Assembly (NCBI GenBank): GCA_010909165.1
Contig: MU008199.1
Coordinates: forward strand, 124,001-188,000
DNA length: 64,000 bases
DNA from: Anthoceros angustus
Taxonomy: Eukaryota > Plantae > Anthocerotophyta
Direction of reading: 5' to 3'
Shown: positions 23,256 through 36,664 of the stretch, piece after piece
Position numbering within the stretch: the first letter of the stretch is position 1
Layout: every line of letters starts with the position of its first letter
Notes under the pieces: generated by a model
The model's database searches: none
What the model was told of the DNA's origin: nothing
What the model saw: the letters and a program-made list of their open reading frames with translations, nothing else
Made by a program: the position numbers and the translations under genes

Positions 23256-24572
23256 CCAGGCTCTCATTGTCTCCAGAGCAGGCTTTTCTGCCGAGTTTTC
23301 TTCCCCCTTTTTTTTTTTGTTTTCCAGTTCAGCTAGGTTCCTCCCGCAAGCTGTGATGAGTGAGGGCTGCCGCATGAGGTATGAACTGGTGGACATGGAT
23401 CTTCATTTCTTTGCAGCTTTTCTTGTAGGAGACTGTAGTCATGTTCATCCTTGTTTTTGCAGCTGGACATCTGCTACAATCAAAGGAGTTGTGAGGAACT
23501 TCGCAATGATGATGTAGGATGGTTCAGGGATGGAGACCCTTCGTGTCTAGGAATCCCTTTGATATCTTTTGCCTTCTCCCTCCTAACCCAGATATATTTC
23601 TGGCCACAACGTCAAGTGTGATGCATTTCATCAGACTACCCACTTCACCTTTGAGAAGCCTGTCAAAGAGCCTTGTTTTGGTTATGATTGAAGTTTGTAG
23701 TCTGTTCCCGCGGTGGATGCTTTCGCATCCGTCTACCCCCTTTGTGAACCCATTTTCTTTTCTAACTTTCTGCGGCTGTCTTTGACACTTGTTTGTTCCC
23801 GAAAGTATCTGGGTTATTCCCAAGACCACTGCACCCTTCAACCTGGCCTGTTACCAACGACATGAAGCCTGTTCTGGGATGTCAGCATCCTCACTTGCAC
23901 GCTCACCATGCCACACCTGTTATCACCAACTATAATATGGCGCACGTTGTTATGCACTCAACCTGTAGGGCATGGCTAACCTGGGCTGTCTCAGTTGTCA
24001 TTATCCGTATGGGGGGAAGGGTGGTCACATCGGCCGCCTCAGTTTTCTGCAAGAGCATCGGAGAACATGCTGAACAGGCCAACGCGAAGGTGGAAGAAGG
24101 GAGGAGCTTGTTTCACCAGGCCTTTCAGGGTGAGGCCTGTACCTTAGCGGACATGTGCTCTTCAACCTATTGTGTCAAGCCAACTGTCGTGGTCGTTTAA
24201 CGTTTTTTGTTGATTATTGGATGTCTTTTTCCAGTTATCGATACACTAGGGCTGCCTCAGCAGTATCTTTGGAAAATTCGCAGAGGACACTTGGATCTGG
24301 GCAAACGGGGGAGGGATATCCCCTGCTCCTCCTTCACTTGTAGTCTGCCTATGTTGAGAACATAGCAGGTGAGGCATACTTGTGGTATGAGTGTTTTGAT
24401 GGAGATGTAGAAGATACTGAAGACTGGAATCTTTAGGAAGTTTTTACTCACGTACCATTTGCTATCATCTGCAGCCTTCAATCAGAGACCAGCAAGGAAC
24501 CGTCCAGCAGGTCTTGAAAGATAGGAAGAGCTCTACATGTACAAACACAGGTCTCCAACAGAGTCACACGCT

Positions 24573-24673
24573 ACAAGAACCTGTTCGAGTTACAACCTAT
24601 AATATGCTTGTTCGAGTTACAACCTACAAGAACCTGTCCGAGTCACAACCCACAAGAACCTGTTTGAGTCACC
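24573..24673. repeat. ~26-bp tandem repeat, ~4 copies (GDSL 3' region)
   Basis: ACAAGAACCTGTYYGAGTYACAACCY units. Confidence 0.8.
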
Positions 24674-24713
24674 GGGACATGTTTCGGCTACCTCCCAAAC
24701 ATCCCCCGGCGTC

Positions 24714-26368
24714 CTAATTACCGTTTAAGTGCTTCTTTGTCAGTTGAAACATGTTCTGTGGATAGCTGTCAGCAATGGTGCCATTGAACAGCCTGCTAGT
24801 GATGATGTGGTTGAACTTTTCAGATGGGTGGAACTCATCCCAAAACAAATATTTAGTGTAATCGTCACAAACTGGTGTGACAGGTAGGCAAGGACTCAGT
24901 CCATTGAACCTTCCAACGCCGCAGCAGGCCACATTCCCGAACTCGAAGCCTGCAGGACAGCAACCTGAGTGAGTGCCTGCAACACAAACGCATGTGGGAG
25001 AGAGACGGTTGCAAGACCTTACCTAGAGAAGCAGGATTAAGGATGCCCCCAAATGAAATATCATAGAGGTTGTTGTAAACAAACGCAGAGCCACTTAGAG
25101 ATGCTTCCAGCTCCTTCAACAGGGATCGCAAGGCTGCGTTGTAGTCTGTGGCCAATTTATTCACAAACTCTACACAGGGACCCTTGCTGTTGAACTTCAC
25201 AAGCTGAGAGGGAACGCATCCCAGCGGCGGAACTCCTGTCACAACCAACCGTCTTGCTCCCAGATTGTACAGTTCCTGTGCGCGTTGCCATAATTTGCAG
25301 CATTTTATGAGGGAATTTTCGAGCGACGAAGCTTCGACAAGAAGCTGGCTTCAAATTGCTGCGAATTTGAGAAAAACACAGTTCTCGGCTGTGATTAACC
25401 TTACCGTCAATTCAGTCCTGAATGTGGAGATGAGCAGGTTTTGGTACGCTGCTGGAGAAAATTGCTTGGCTCTCGTGGGAACAAGGAGGTAGTTGTTGAG
25501 GTAGTCGTTGTTACCAGTAAGAACGTAGAAAATGGACTCTGCCAACAATTTCGTTCCGGCCTCGTGCCCGATCAGTCCAAAAATTTTGCCTTTAGCTTCC
25601 TTGAAGTGTTGGAGCTGCTTGGTTGTGGTGATCACTTGTCCCTGCAATCCAGCCGGACCTTCAGTCTCGAATCCGGATGGGAAAAGAGTCGTCTCAAATC
25701 CACGAAGCACACGACCGAAAAGACCCTTGAACCGTGAATTTTTTAAAAGGAAGAACTCACAAAAACGCTTCCAGTGTCGTCCAGAATGCCCGATCCCGCA
25801 GACGCGAAATTCACACCTCTAAGAAGAGCGGCAGCCGCGTTGCTCCCTCTGAAGACCGGGTCCAAGTAAGGCTTCAGCAATGGCAGTCCGAGATAGATAG
25901 CTGCAGCCACACGTAAGTCCGGATGGTGGTTCAGAGTGCCAATTCTTGAAGCCATCAGCTTCCAAGAGCATTCAACTTGGAATTGCAGTGGACAGAACTG
26001 GTTGAATTGGCAGCCAGCTTACAGAAGAAGTCGATTGCGGTTTTCCCATTGCAGAATCTGCCGGTGGCTCGCCCGCTGGCGAACTGGCGGCCGTAGGGTG
26101 GGAAGTTGGACTTGGCTAGTGTTTCGAGGTAGTTGTTGTTCCCGGCGTCGGCTAGGGAATCCCCGATAACGAACAGAGCAGGAGCAAGTGGACCGGACTC
26201 AGCCAGGGACCTGTGCTCCATTGGCAGGATCTCATCCTGTTCACGATCGGAGGGAGTCCGAAGCAGTGTGCTGCTTATGTCCGTAGATGCAGCTGTTGCA
26301 GCATTGCACAGAATCGCAGTGAAGAATGTTACGGCCAGGAGGACTGCCAGCCTTGATTCCAGGTCCAT
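24714..26368 (-). CDS. GDSL esterase/lipase (5 exons)
   Basis: Signal peptide, FVIGDSLADAGNNNY, TGRFCNG, GVNFASAGSG, GNNDY, GVPPLGCVP and FWDEFHPSE (catalytic DxxH). Confidence 0.95.
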
Positions 26369-27847
26369 TCTGACGCCAAGATGCAGATAATGGCAGAAAG
26401 GTGAGCTATGCAAGATGCGTAGAATGTTCTGCACTAGATGGTACAGCCTGAATTTGTCAGAATGGCGGCTCAGAGCGAGTGGTTGCTACACTACGCGTGA
26501 ACTTCAAAGGCAGAGAGATGGACGCACAAATCTTCACGAGTATGTACCTGGCATTCAAGCCTGGAATATGCAAATGCATGCAGACATGTCCGACAGAGCG
26601 TGGGCAGAAAGCTCGGGATCGAAGGTTCTCAAGATCTGAAGTCCTGGACTGTCAGAGATTGAATATGTGGAGCAAGAACATGGGCGTGTACTGCTGCTGG
26701 GCAGAAGTGACTTGAAAGAGGCTATGGCTGACAGTGTTCAGCTGCTGGAGTCAGGGAACTTATATAGATGCTTCACACCATAGGACCAGCGGCCACCGAC
26801 ACCAAACAACGTGGCCAACATAAGCATCCAACAACCAGGCTTGCGCAGGAGGGAGGTCTGGGTATGCTAGCATAAATGAGTACGGTGGTCCAACAGCAGT
26901 TGTAACTGCGATTTGCCATAGCCAAGGACGACCCCTCCCTTTCCAGGCCAGCACATGGTGACATTGCTGAGGCTCTTCACGGGCGTACTCCACCGTGTAA
27001 AAGCACCTCAAGCAGAACAGCAGCAGCTATCACCACTAAAGGATGCCATCGCTGTAGTGGGGTGGCTGGCCTTTTGTGCTTCTGCAATTGCTTGCCTTAA
27101 GGCAGATTAGACTAGTGTTGAAGCATCACTCTCGCTGTTTGTCTGTATGCAGGTCTGAATTATGTAAGGTGTGTTGAGGAGAGCTTTAAATTCTGCGTGC
27201 TGCACACGGAATTTGTGGAAAGGGGGGAGTTACATGCTTCTGGAGTACTGGACCCTTCGACAAGATTGCGGAGCTGTGCCATTCAATCCGGATGGAATGT
27301 ATCGTCGGCTTGTCAGGACTCGGGATACTTTTCCACAAGTGCCTTTGGTATCCATCAGGTAGGAGGTGTCAGAGCATGCAAGATGAGCTTCGCCAAGTAC
27401 CACGGCGTGTTCGGCGTGCATCTGTTGGAAAAGATGACGTGAACAACTCTCAAATTGTCAAATGGATAGATTTGCACGACAAAGTGTTCGTGAAGCTATG
27501 ACGGCTGGTATATACGGCCTGGGAACAGCCCCGACGTAGGAGTAGAGGTTCTTGCGAACGTGTGCAAACTGGTCTGCCAAATTGGTCTCCTTTCCAGAAT
27601 TCCCACCACACGTTACTTTATTAGGCCAAAATGCAGTGACTTCTGTCTGGAAGAGGACACTAAACAGGTAAGACAGCAAGTTTCGAAGCCTTTATGGAGG
27701 GAGATGCCTATGGGGTGTCATCCAACCCACCAAAGAAATGAAAGTGACAAAAATCATGGCAAGTAGGAGCACGACTGATTCCAACGCCTGCATTGCGAAA
27801 CATCTACACAGTAGCAATGCCTTCACCAAAGCGTGGAAGTGACGGAC

Positions 27848-28545
27848 AACCACCAGTGTGAACTTGGCCGAACTCTTCAAGGAGAGTCACCATGTGGGTG
27901 AAAGCTCTTCGATCCAACGTATGAAGAGTCTGCACAAAAATCTCCATGGATACTTTTGATCCATGTGCAGGCAGAGTCTGTTCTTCAACCCAAACTTGTA
28001 CTATCCCGGCACTCTTCTCAGCCCTGACGAGTCCTAAAAGCTGTGTCGAGAGCGTCTCCTACACATTCGACAACCAAAAAATGACTACCACAAAATTGTG
28101 AAGGCCGTTTTTTCCGCTACAGCAATGCAGGTAACCTAAGAGCACCAGCACCAGAAGTAATAAGGCAAAGGAGCTTACAGTGTGTTCTTCGGCGTCCGTC
28201 TGAGAACCCGCTACTCAGCGCATCTTTCCCCGAGCCGAATGAGGAGAATTACAGCTGCCACTGCTGGTCATCTTCTCCGGCTATCTACGACTATAACTCA
28301 TAGACGTTGCAAAAGCCCGATAAGAGACGGCTTCCTGGAGTTGAAGGCTTCTGTCGCATGAACGCCCTGGCAACACATGCCCTGGCAACATAGGTGTGTT
28401 TCCAATTGCTACTTCGGCCTCAGTTGCTGGCCCTTCAGAAAGAGCTCCGAACTCCGAGCAAATGAACCTTCGTCTGCCTGCCATGGCAGTGTTTCACCCC
28501 TCCAACACAATTGCCTGCAAGCAACCTTGAACCCTGGAAGCAACG
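27848..28545 (-). pseudogene. Partial, internally deleted duplicate of CBP80
   Basis: 28050-28545 aligns by eye with CBP80 5' region, exon 1 and intron 1 (35317-35780). 27848-28050 aligns with an internal CBP80 exon (32060-32300). Exon 1 has indels and a TGA. Confidence 0.85.
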
Positions 28546-28552
28546 TTATGAT

Positions 28553-29724
28553 TCAGCTATTGCTTTCGCTCTCTTCCTTCTCCAACTGCTTGATCAGCCT
28601 TGCACGTTCAGCTGCCTGCAACAGATATAGCAGTCAGAATGTTGGAACAGATACGCATACAACAGACAAAGAAAACAAGAAGCCAGTAGGCTCGATCTTA
28701 CGAAAAAACCCCCTCCGCAGGATCTTACCTGCCGCAATTTCAACAGAGTTACATCTTCGTAGCGCTGGTATGCTGAACGAACATGATAGCCAGTTTCCAC
28801 GCCATTGGGCTTGTGCCTCTCCTCTTTCACAGTTTGAGAAACCTTGCATTCTTCCGCTGGACAATGAGCGAGCACCACAGACAGCGGACTGGAAAAGTCT
28901 CCACAATCCGTTTTAGTGGCAAGAATCTGCACGACACAGAGATAAGTCAAATCAAACAGAGAGTTAAAAACCCTGCAACAACCTCAAGTGGAAAAGGCAA
29001 CACACAAACCCTGAAGCAACCTCAAGTGGAGAAGGAAACATACCGCTGCATCTTTAGATCCCATGACAAGCAAGGCAGAACCTCTCCTTCTGGACTTGCT
29101 AGGCCGTACCACCACGTCTTCAACAGCGCCAAACTGCTGGAAAATTTCCCGCAACCTGGCTGCCGTATAGGCGCCAGAACCATCCTCGGAACAAGACCAC
29201 GAAACCCTAACCATCCTCTCCTTGTCATCAGCTGTGACACTTCGGGCCGGCCTTGGCCCAAACGTTGAGGACGGGTTCATGTCCTCCTTGACCAAATCCT
29301 TGAGAGCGCTCTCCATGCGGGCCTTCCGGATCCTGGCAATCTCAGCTTTCAACCGTTCTGCCGTAGCGCTTTCAGCTCTACGTTGCTGCTCCTCCACCTC
29401 ATGGGCTCGTTCCCTGTCCCTCAAATCTTGCATCAGTTTTTGGCGCTTAGCACTGTGCTTGCCCTCCTTCTCCACCCTGGCCCTGCGCACCGCCAGCAAC
29501 TCATCGTAGGCCTTCCTTGCCTGCTCGTCCGATAGGACCTCGTACGCCTTCTGCAGCTTCCTAAACTCCTCAGCAGCAACGGCATCCCCGGGCCTCTTGT
29601 CCGGGTGACATGAAAGCGCTTTGGACCGATAGGCCTTGCGAATCTCTGGCTGTGTGATTTTGAACAGGGCATCCTCTGATGCCTCGAATCCCAGGTCCCT
29701 GTAGAACTCTTCTTCTCCTTCCAT
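28553..29724 (-). CDS. DNAJC17: DnaJ C17 / Cwc23-Cwf23-like spliceosomal J protein (3 exons)
   Basis: J-domain with HPD (IRKAYRSKALSCHPDK), KRQKLMQDLRDRE coiled coil, RRM-like YTAARLREIFQQFGAVEDVV, and C-terminal YEDVTLLKLRQ|AAERARLIKQL. Confidence 0.88.
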
Positions 29725-30070
29725 CTCTCGAGTCCGAATCCAGACAGATCTTCGAACTCTTACCACGCCGCGGCTACCTTCGTCTACGACTGAACCCAAA
29801 CGTGAAATGATTTATTTGTGAAATACCGTACCTAGACACCTACACTGCACAAAATGAGAACGAGACTGCTCCCCTTGTTGTAGAGGAAACTACCCTTCTA
29901 CATATAAAGAAATCTGAGATTATTATGGTGAGGCAGAGCGAGATCTCCTCTCGGCAAAGCTAGCGCGCATACCCACCGCGTGGAGTTCCCGGAAGCGCGA
30001 CCGGAAGAGGCGGACCAGAGGCAGCACCTTGTAGGGCCGGGGAAGGCTAAAGGCAGTGAGACCGGCAGAC

Positions 30071-30550
30071 ATGGGGAGAGTGCCAGTGCGCCTGAGGGAG
30101 GTGCAGTATGCCCTCTCTCCGTTTGAGCAGGACATCATGTCCGGCCTGTGGAAGGACGCCTCCTACAAGATCACCAAGAAGATTACTGAGAACTGGGCGT
30201 CTGCCTTGACCCTGGTTGTGCCAGTCGTCGGAACCTACTGGTGTGTTCTTCTTCTCTTACTCTTGTGTCGTCGCTTGAGCTGTGCATCTATTCGGGATGT
30301 AGGTTTCAGTAGCAGTGGTGCTGGCTGCAACTGGTTTTTGTGTGGAGGCATGGAAGTCTGAGGTGTCGGGATTGTGGAGGTTGCTTGCTTTAGGTCTTGC
30401 TTCCACGTTGTGAAATTGTGATGTGCTCTCTGTTGCACCAGTCAAGGCTCTCTGTTGCACCAGTCTTCACATTCTTCGTCGCTGAATTTGGTGATTCTCA
30501 GGTATGCGGGGTACTTCAAAGAACAGGAGAAGCTTCATCATCGGTACTGA
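30071..30550 (+). CDS. QCR8: Cytochrome b-c1 complex subunit 8 (exons 30071-30240, 30502-30550)
   Basis: MGRVPVRLREVQYALSPFEQ...ENW...PVVGTYW|YAGYFKEQEKLHHRY*, with a GT-AG intron. Confidence 0.93.
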
Positions 30551-30798
30551 GATGTCCATCTCGGTTGCTTGGTTGTCCGACTGTGGAATCTAGTTAATTG
30601 GAGCATTAGGGCGCGCATTTGGATATTTCACTCGGTCGCTATTCGGTATTGGTTACTGCCGGTGTTTTCCTCTGTCTACATGTATTAGACAACTTGGATG
30701 TAATGATTCTTGTAACCGGAGCAAAGGTCCCACGGTTTCCCAGCGACCTGGAAATACAAAAATGTCTTGACTGCGAGCTTTTGTGATGCAGTACAGTG

Positions 30799-33700
30799 CT
30801 AAGTTGGCACGACGGGATCTATTTTCATGGAATTAGAACTCCTCCTCAGTATCAAGTTAATTGCCTCAGCTATCAGTGGGTGTAGATCTCCAGAGAACAC
30901 TTCCGCATCCAGCTTGTCGATCAGCATCCAGACCTGCAGTCCCAGAGAAGCACGTGACTACTACGAACCCGAATTCACCGTAATGGAGAAAATCCGGAAT
31001 ATCTATACCTCGTTGGAGTAATGTCGGACAATGACCCTCAACCATCCCAAAGTGCACCTTAGCCATTGCTGTTCCTCAAGGTCCTCCGTCTCCGTGTCTA
31101 CTTTGCCATTTGCCGTCGCCCTGCGAGGGGACACACAATCCAGGCACGTTCAGCTCGCAATGATTCATGGGATGAACATGCAAAAGATAAATGCTCTACA
31201 GGTAAATATGCAAGCATGACAATACAGTTCATTCTTGGCTTCGCCATCGGTTGGTTCCTGGCCCTCTGATGGCGGAGGCACATCCACATCCATGGGCTTC
31301 TGCTCAGTGTCGTCACCCTCTTGTGGGTCTTTGATTGCTTCAGGTTTCGATAGCCTCTCAGTCAACACCAACACGAAGCTCTGAAAAATGGTTATGAACA
31401 GGGCCTGTACCGCCAACCCCAGAGCCCCAATCAAAATAGAGCTGGGCAAGCAGTCCCCACCCATAGTCAACAACAGCATGAACGATATCACAAGAGCGCA
31501 CCTCTTGTTCTCTGATGGCACGCGCCAACAGTGCCTCTTTGGCTTCAAGAGCTTCTTGGGCCGAGTTTGCCTCCTCATTCTTCTTCTTTAACATTAGCTG
31601 GGACCATTCAAGCTTTGCTGAAGCCTCTGGATTTCCCTCGTCCTCCTCATGAACACTTTTTGCAGTCTCAGATTTTATCTTGGCCTCATTTGCAGCAACA
31701 CTTGCCTCCTTGGCAGCCTTGTCTGCAGCTGCAAGCTCCTTTTTCAGGTCCGTGGTTCGATTGTTTGTCTTGTTTATTGCATTTCGAAGCACCTGAAACA
31801 ACATGCACCAGAGCCAATATTCAGTCCTTCAGCTAGTACGGATCACTCGGACCAGGATGACACTCAACCTGGTGAAGAAACCACACCACGAGCATACCTC
31901 CCAAATGTGATCTGATGTGTGGAACCGCTGTACATTGTAGTCCGTAAACACCCATTTGACAATCGCCAGATTTGAAACTATGCGATAACCCATCATTCTA
32001 TCAACAGCAATGGAGATCATCTGGTGTGAATTTTGCCAGAAAGCAGCTACTACTTCTACCACCAGTGCTTGACTGGCCACATCAGGAGCCAACTTGTGTA
32101 GCACTTGGCCAAACTTTTCGAGCACAGTCACCATGTGGGTGAAGCTCTTTGATCCAACGTATAGAAGAGTCTGCACGAGAATCTCAATGGCAACTTTTGA
32201 TCCATGTGCAGGCAGAAGCTGCTCTTCAACCCAAACTTGTACTATCCGAGCAGTCTTCTTACCCCTGACCAGTCCTATAAGCTCTGTGGCAAGAGCTATC
32301 TCAGCCTCAGACGCCTTCCCTTGCTTGTCAGCACTATATTTAAAACTGACACTCGATTTTGGTGGTAATAACCTGGCCAGGCGTGGAACTGTTTGAACAC
32401 TCTGCACCAATAAAACACATCATACAGAAGCAGAAGGAATCCTTCAAAAGCATTCAGCAGCTACACCCCAAGACGAAAATCATATCCTACCTCCTTCACT
32501 CTTTCCCAATATGAGAGCCGAATTTCTTTCTCCAAAACTTCCTCGGCAAAAACCCGTTGTGGCGACCAGATAGGCTGATCCAATACATGTTCCCACTCCT
32601 CCCAAGGCCAGACAAACTGAAAATTCGATCTGGAAAATATCATGATGTCAACCTTAAACAACAACTATCAAACAGAAATAGCACAGACAGGACCTCATAA
32701 CACTGAAACAAATGGAATGAAAGAAACATACAGGTGATGAGCTAGCCACTGAGTCAGGCGGGTATTACACTCAACGTCCATTTCTCCAATACGTGCAAAG
32801 AGAGCACGAACAGCTGCAGCCAAAACAGCGGGAAATGCCCCTGGTAGCGCCTAGAAATCGACATGCATCAAAACGTTCAGTTTGAGCCCTTGCCCACATG
32901 CAAGCGAAACAGGTGCAAAACAGTTAGTTGTGCAGGTGGCACATGCATTGAACACTGCAAACATAAATCAGAAGCAGGACTCAGCCAGCTAAGGCTCGAG
33001 GACTCACCTTGCAAAGGTCCACCATCACAATGGTGTAGTATATAAGCTTGAAAGGCGGTTTAGGCAAAAGCAGTAACTACAAGACAACAACCATAAGCTG
33101 AGACCAGAAGCAGGTAGCTGTTTTATAACCATGAAATAACCGGACAATGACTTTTCATTCACATGCAGAAATGCACACTCCCAGAGTTCAAAGCCTTGTG
33201 CGATATACCTGAGAGAATATTGTTTCAGCCAACAAGTATTCGTAGCGAAAGGGAACAGGGAGGCCACCCAAGTATGCTGCACATTCCTTTCGACTGGAGG
33301 CAGGAAAGACATCAGTGTGCATGCAAATCACTGTGAATATATAAGCACATAATGGGTACAAACGGCTCCAAGTACCGTGAGAGGCTTACCACCCATTTAA
33401 GTAGAAAAGAACATCCAAAATGTACTCTTCCACGATAAACCGATCGACAGGTGAGATTTTCTGGGACAAAAAACCTTAGATTCAGTTAGAGTAATAGCAA
33501 ACGAACCTGGACTGTAATAGCACACGAACTAGAGCGCAGGTTGAACGACAGATTTTGGACATTTCCACTGCATGCTGCCAGGCTAGGTTTTCCAAGCACC
33601 TCATCAGTCATTGAAGAAGGGAATATATGTAGCCGCCTCATTCGTGGGGGAAACTTCTCAGCAGCCTCATGTTGCTGCTGCCCTATAGAGGTGTCTGTTT

Positions 33701-35538
33701 GCGGTGAAATTGGTGGAGGTGTGTCAGGACACTCAAGAGGACCAAAGTCATGACTCTGTGCTGTTGCCAGGCGTGCTTCAAAAACCCGATGTGGTCTTGG
33801 AGCTGTGTCAAAACAAAGGGCATAGAGACAGGGTCCCCACACTTTCCTAAGCTGGGGCATTTCTTAATTGCACGAAAAAGATGAAAGCTTTCCAGTTGTG
33901 ATCATCCAATTCAGAGCCCCTACCACTGTCAAGCTTCCAGCCACTGTCACGAAGCGCCTGTATCCTCTGCCAGAGGTCCTCCAGGTAGTCCTACAAGAAA
34001 ATGCAAAAACTATTTTCTATTACAAAAAGGAAGTAGCACAAAGTAGAATGAGTCAAAGAATGCTTGTAAGACTTAAAGAACTTGGCTCTTACGCTTTGTT
34101 GGTCAGAATCCTTCACATCAAACACCAGCAATGCAGGTTCAAGTACACACTTCCTGAGACGAAAATAGGCCTCCACACCAAGCAGGACTCGCTCGAGCTC
34201 TTCTGGAACACGCTGCATGAGACAAGTGCAGATTATTTCATTTGAAGCAACCCTCAAATACATGGATGCATGTAGAGATCAACCTAGCTGGAGATGCTCA
34301 CCTCTGTGAGGTCCAGTCCGCCCCAGGGAAGGCATGCCAGTATGCAGGTGACATAAAAATCTGCCCGTGGTTGCCAACAAGGGTTGCCTCTATCTTCATC
34401 AACTGTTGTTGCTGCTGACGATACAAGCATCTCAAACACGTCTATCAGGGAAGCTGACGCCACAACATTGCTGCATGTCTGGACAGACCCAAGACAGTTC
34501 ATTAGATAAGCCTTGCAGGCATGAATTTTGGAAACCCACCACTACAGATGATCATAACTTTGTTTGCCCCCTCAGCTGAACTATCACAACAAACGACTGA
34601 GCTGGAAAACTGCTCATGATAGGCCTTTAATGAACCTAAAAACGCTTCCTCTCTATGACACTACACAATGGACTGTGATAGGAAAAGAAAAGGAACCTCA
34701 CCAGCACTGTCAAGAAGCGCATCAAAATCCGGATTTGATTGCAATTTCCTGCTGCAAGTGCATCCTGTTGGCACAGTGAAGTTAAGGTGTACACACCTCC
34801 CAGGTCTTACATCCCCAACACGGACAAAAAAACCATCAAATCTTACCTGCAGCCTAGTGTGGACCTCACCCACAACTTTTGCACCAAACTCATTGTCTTC
34901 AAGATTTATCAAGCCTACCTGAAACCAGAATGAAAAGCCCACCAATAAGGAGCTCACAGACTGCGGAGATCATGAGGCAGGAGAAAAAAAACTTTCCGGA
35001 GCAGAGAAGTCTCTGCACAAGCATAATCTTACCAAGGTGCCATACAATGGGCTCTTATGTGGTAGCTCCTCCGCACATTGCAACAACAACTTTGAGTGCA
35101 AGCAGCACCAAGCACAACTTTAGTTCCCCGAAAGTCCGAAATCACCAACTTCCAGATACAATCTCTAACTTCCAGCAGGAACTTTCAGCGTTGCGAACGT
35201 GTAGCAGGTTGGAGCAAACCAAATTGCTCCTAGCCCCAAGTCAGGGCAAACAACTTACTGCAACGATGTCGTCCCTCGCAGATGAGTGCTGCAGCTCCTT
35301 ATGAAGCTGGGTGTAGCACGTCTCCTAGACATTCCACAACCAAAACAATGACATTGCAAAATCACGACGGCCGTTCCTTCCGCTACAGCGAACCAGTTGA
35401 CCTAGCAGCAACAGCACCATAATTGATAAGGCAGGAGCTTACAATGTGATCTTCGGCGTCCGTGTGAGCACCCCCGTACTCAGCGCATCTTTCCCCGAGC
35501 CGAATGAGAAGAGAATTCCAGCTGCCACTGCTGGTCAT
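30799..35538 (-). CDS. CBP80: Nuclear cap-binding protein subunit 1 (multi-exon)
   Basis: WNSLLIRLGERCAEYG...DHI|ETC, GNPCWQPRADFYV, SNFQFVWPWEEW, EKEIRLSYWERVK, GSKSFTH and DRMMGYRIVSNLAIV are typical of plant CBP80/ABH1. Stop inferred at 30799. Confidence 0.92.
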
Positions 35539-36104
35539 CTTCTTCGGCTACCTACGACTATCACGCATAGACGTTGCAGAAGCCCGAAGAGAGGCGGCTT
35601 TCCCGAGTCTAAGGCTTCTGCTGCATGAATGCCCTGGCAACATAAATGTTTGCCATTGCCATTTCCGCCTCACTGATTCCCTTTCAGAAAAAGCTCCGAA
35701 CTTCGAGACAATGAACCTTCTTCTGCTTGCAATGGCAGTGTTCCCTTCAACACAATTGCCTGCACGCGACCTGGAAGCAACAAAGGAAAACTGCTTTGCA
35801 CTGAATTCAAAAACCCTTAAACCTGACTATCACGTAAGGTAAAGCCCGTGCTATGTATGCTCTTTACGGACTAAATGTGTGTCCAAATGGCTTTTATTAT
35901 TAGGCCAAATGGACACACATTTGAATACGTTCCTGTTAAGCTTCATGTGGTTTAGATCGGTACCTGGAGGGGTGCCTAGAGGTGATACCCATGGTGCAAT
36001 AGTTGAAGACTGTTTTGGAGATCTAGGATCTATTTCTCCACCATAAGACATCTATTTTGTTTGAAGGGCACTTTCTTTTTTTCTTTGTGTTCGTTTTTGA
36101 AGGG

Positions 36105-36378
36105 CAATTGCTTAAGTGTTCCTTTTCGAAGAGCAGTTGCTTCTTTCTTGTGTGTTCCTTTTCGAAGAGCAGTTGCTTCTTTCTTGTGTGTTCCTTTTCT
36201 TGTGTGTTCCTTTTCGAAGAGCAGTTGCTTCTTTCTTGTGTGTTCCTTTTCGAAGAGCAGTTGCTTCTTTCTTGTGTGTTCCTTTTCGAAGAGCAGTTGC
36301 TTCTTTCTTTCGTGTTCCTTTTCGAAGAGCAGTTGCTTCTTTCTTTTGTGTTCCTTTTCGAAGAGCAGTTGCTTCTTT
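36105..36378. repeat. 36-bp minisatellite, ~7 copies
   Basis: Unit GTGTTCCTTTTCGAAGAGCAGTTGCTTCTTTCTTGT; produces 12-aa periodic ORFs in all six frames. Confidence 0.92.
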
Positions 36379-36664
36379 TCCCAGTCCTCGGGCGAGGTTG
36401 AGCCTTTGCTTGTTGTCCACAATGAAATTTTAAGTTAAAGATTGGGGGTTTCTTATTAAAGGAGAAGAGATGGGGTGAGCTCATCTATCGCTCAAAGATC
36501 AACACGAGAGGCCAACATGAGCGACCCGCAGGGATTAGCGCAAGAAGGAGCAATTAAGCTATGAATCAAAAATCACCTATGGTCCTACAATATCATGACT
36601 AAGCAGGTTAAAAAGCCTACATACAACAGAAGTAATGGAGATTGCATCAACTATTATTATCGTT

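Noticed and set aside
22716-23396. 226-aa antisense ORF over the orphan gene
   Set aside because: The + strand frame has more coding-like codon usage; this one appears to be its shadow.
27100-27760. Possible coding remnant between GDSL and the CBP80 duplicate
   Set aside because: Short broken frames; no family recognised.
36105-36378. 36-bp repeats as a CRISPR array
   Set aside because: Units are directly adjacent with no unique spacers, there are no cas genes, and the context is eukaryotic.
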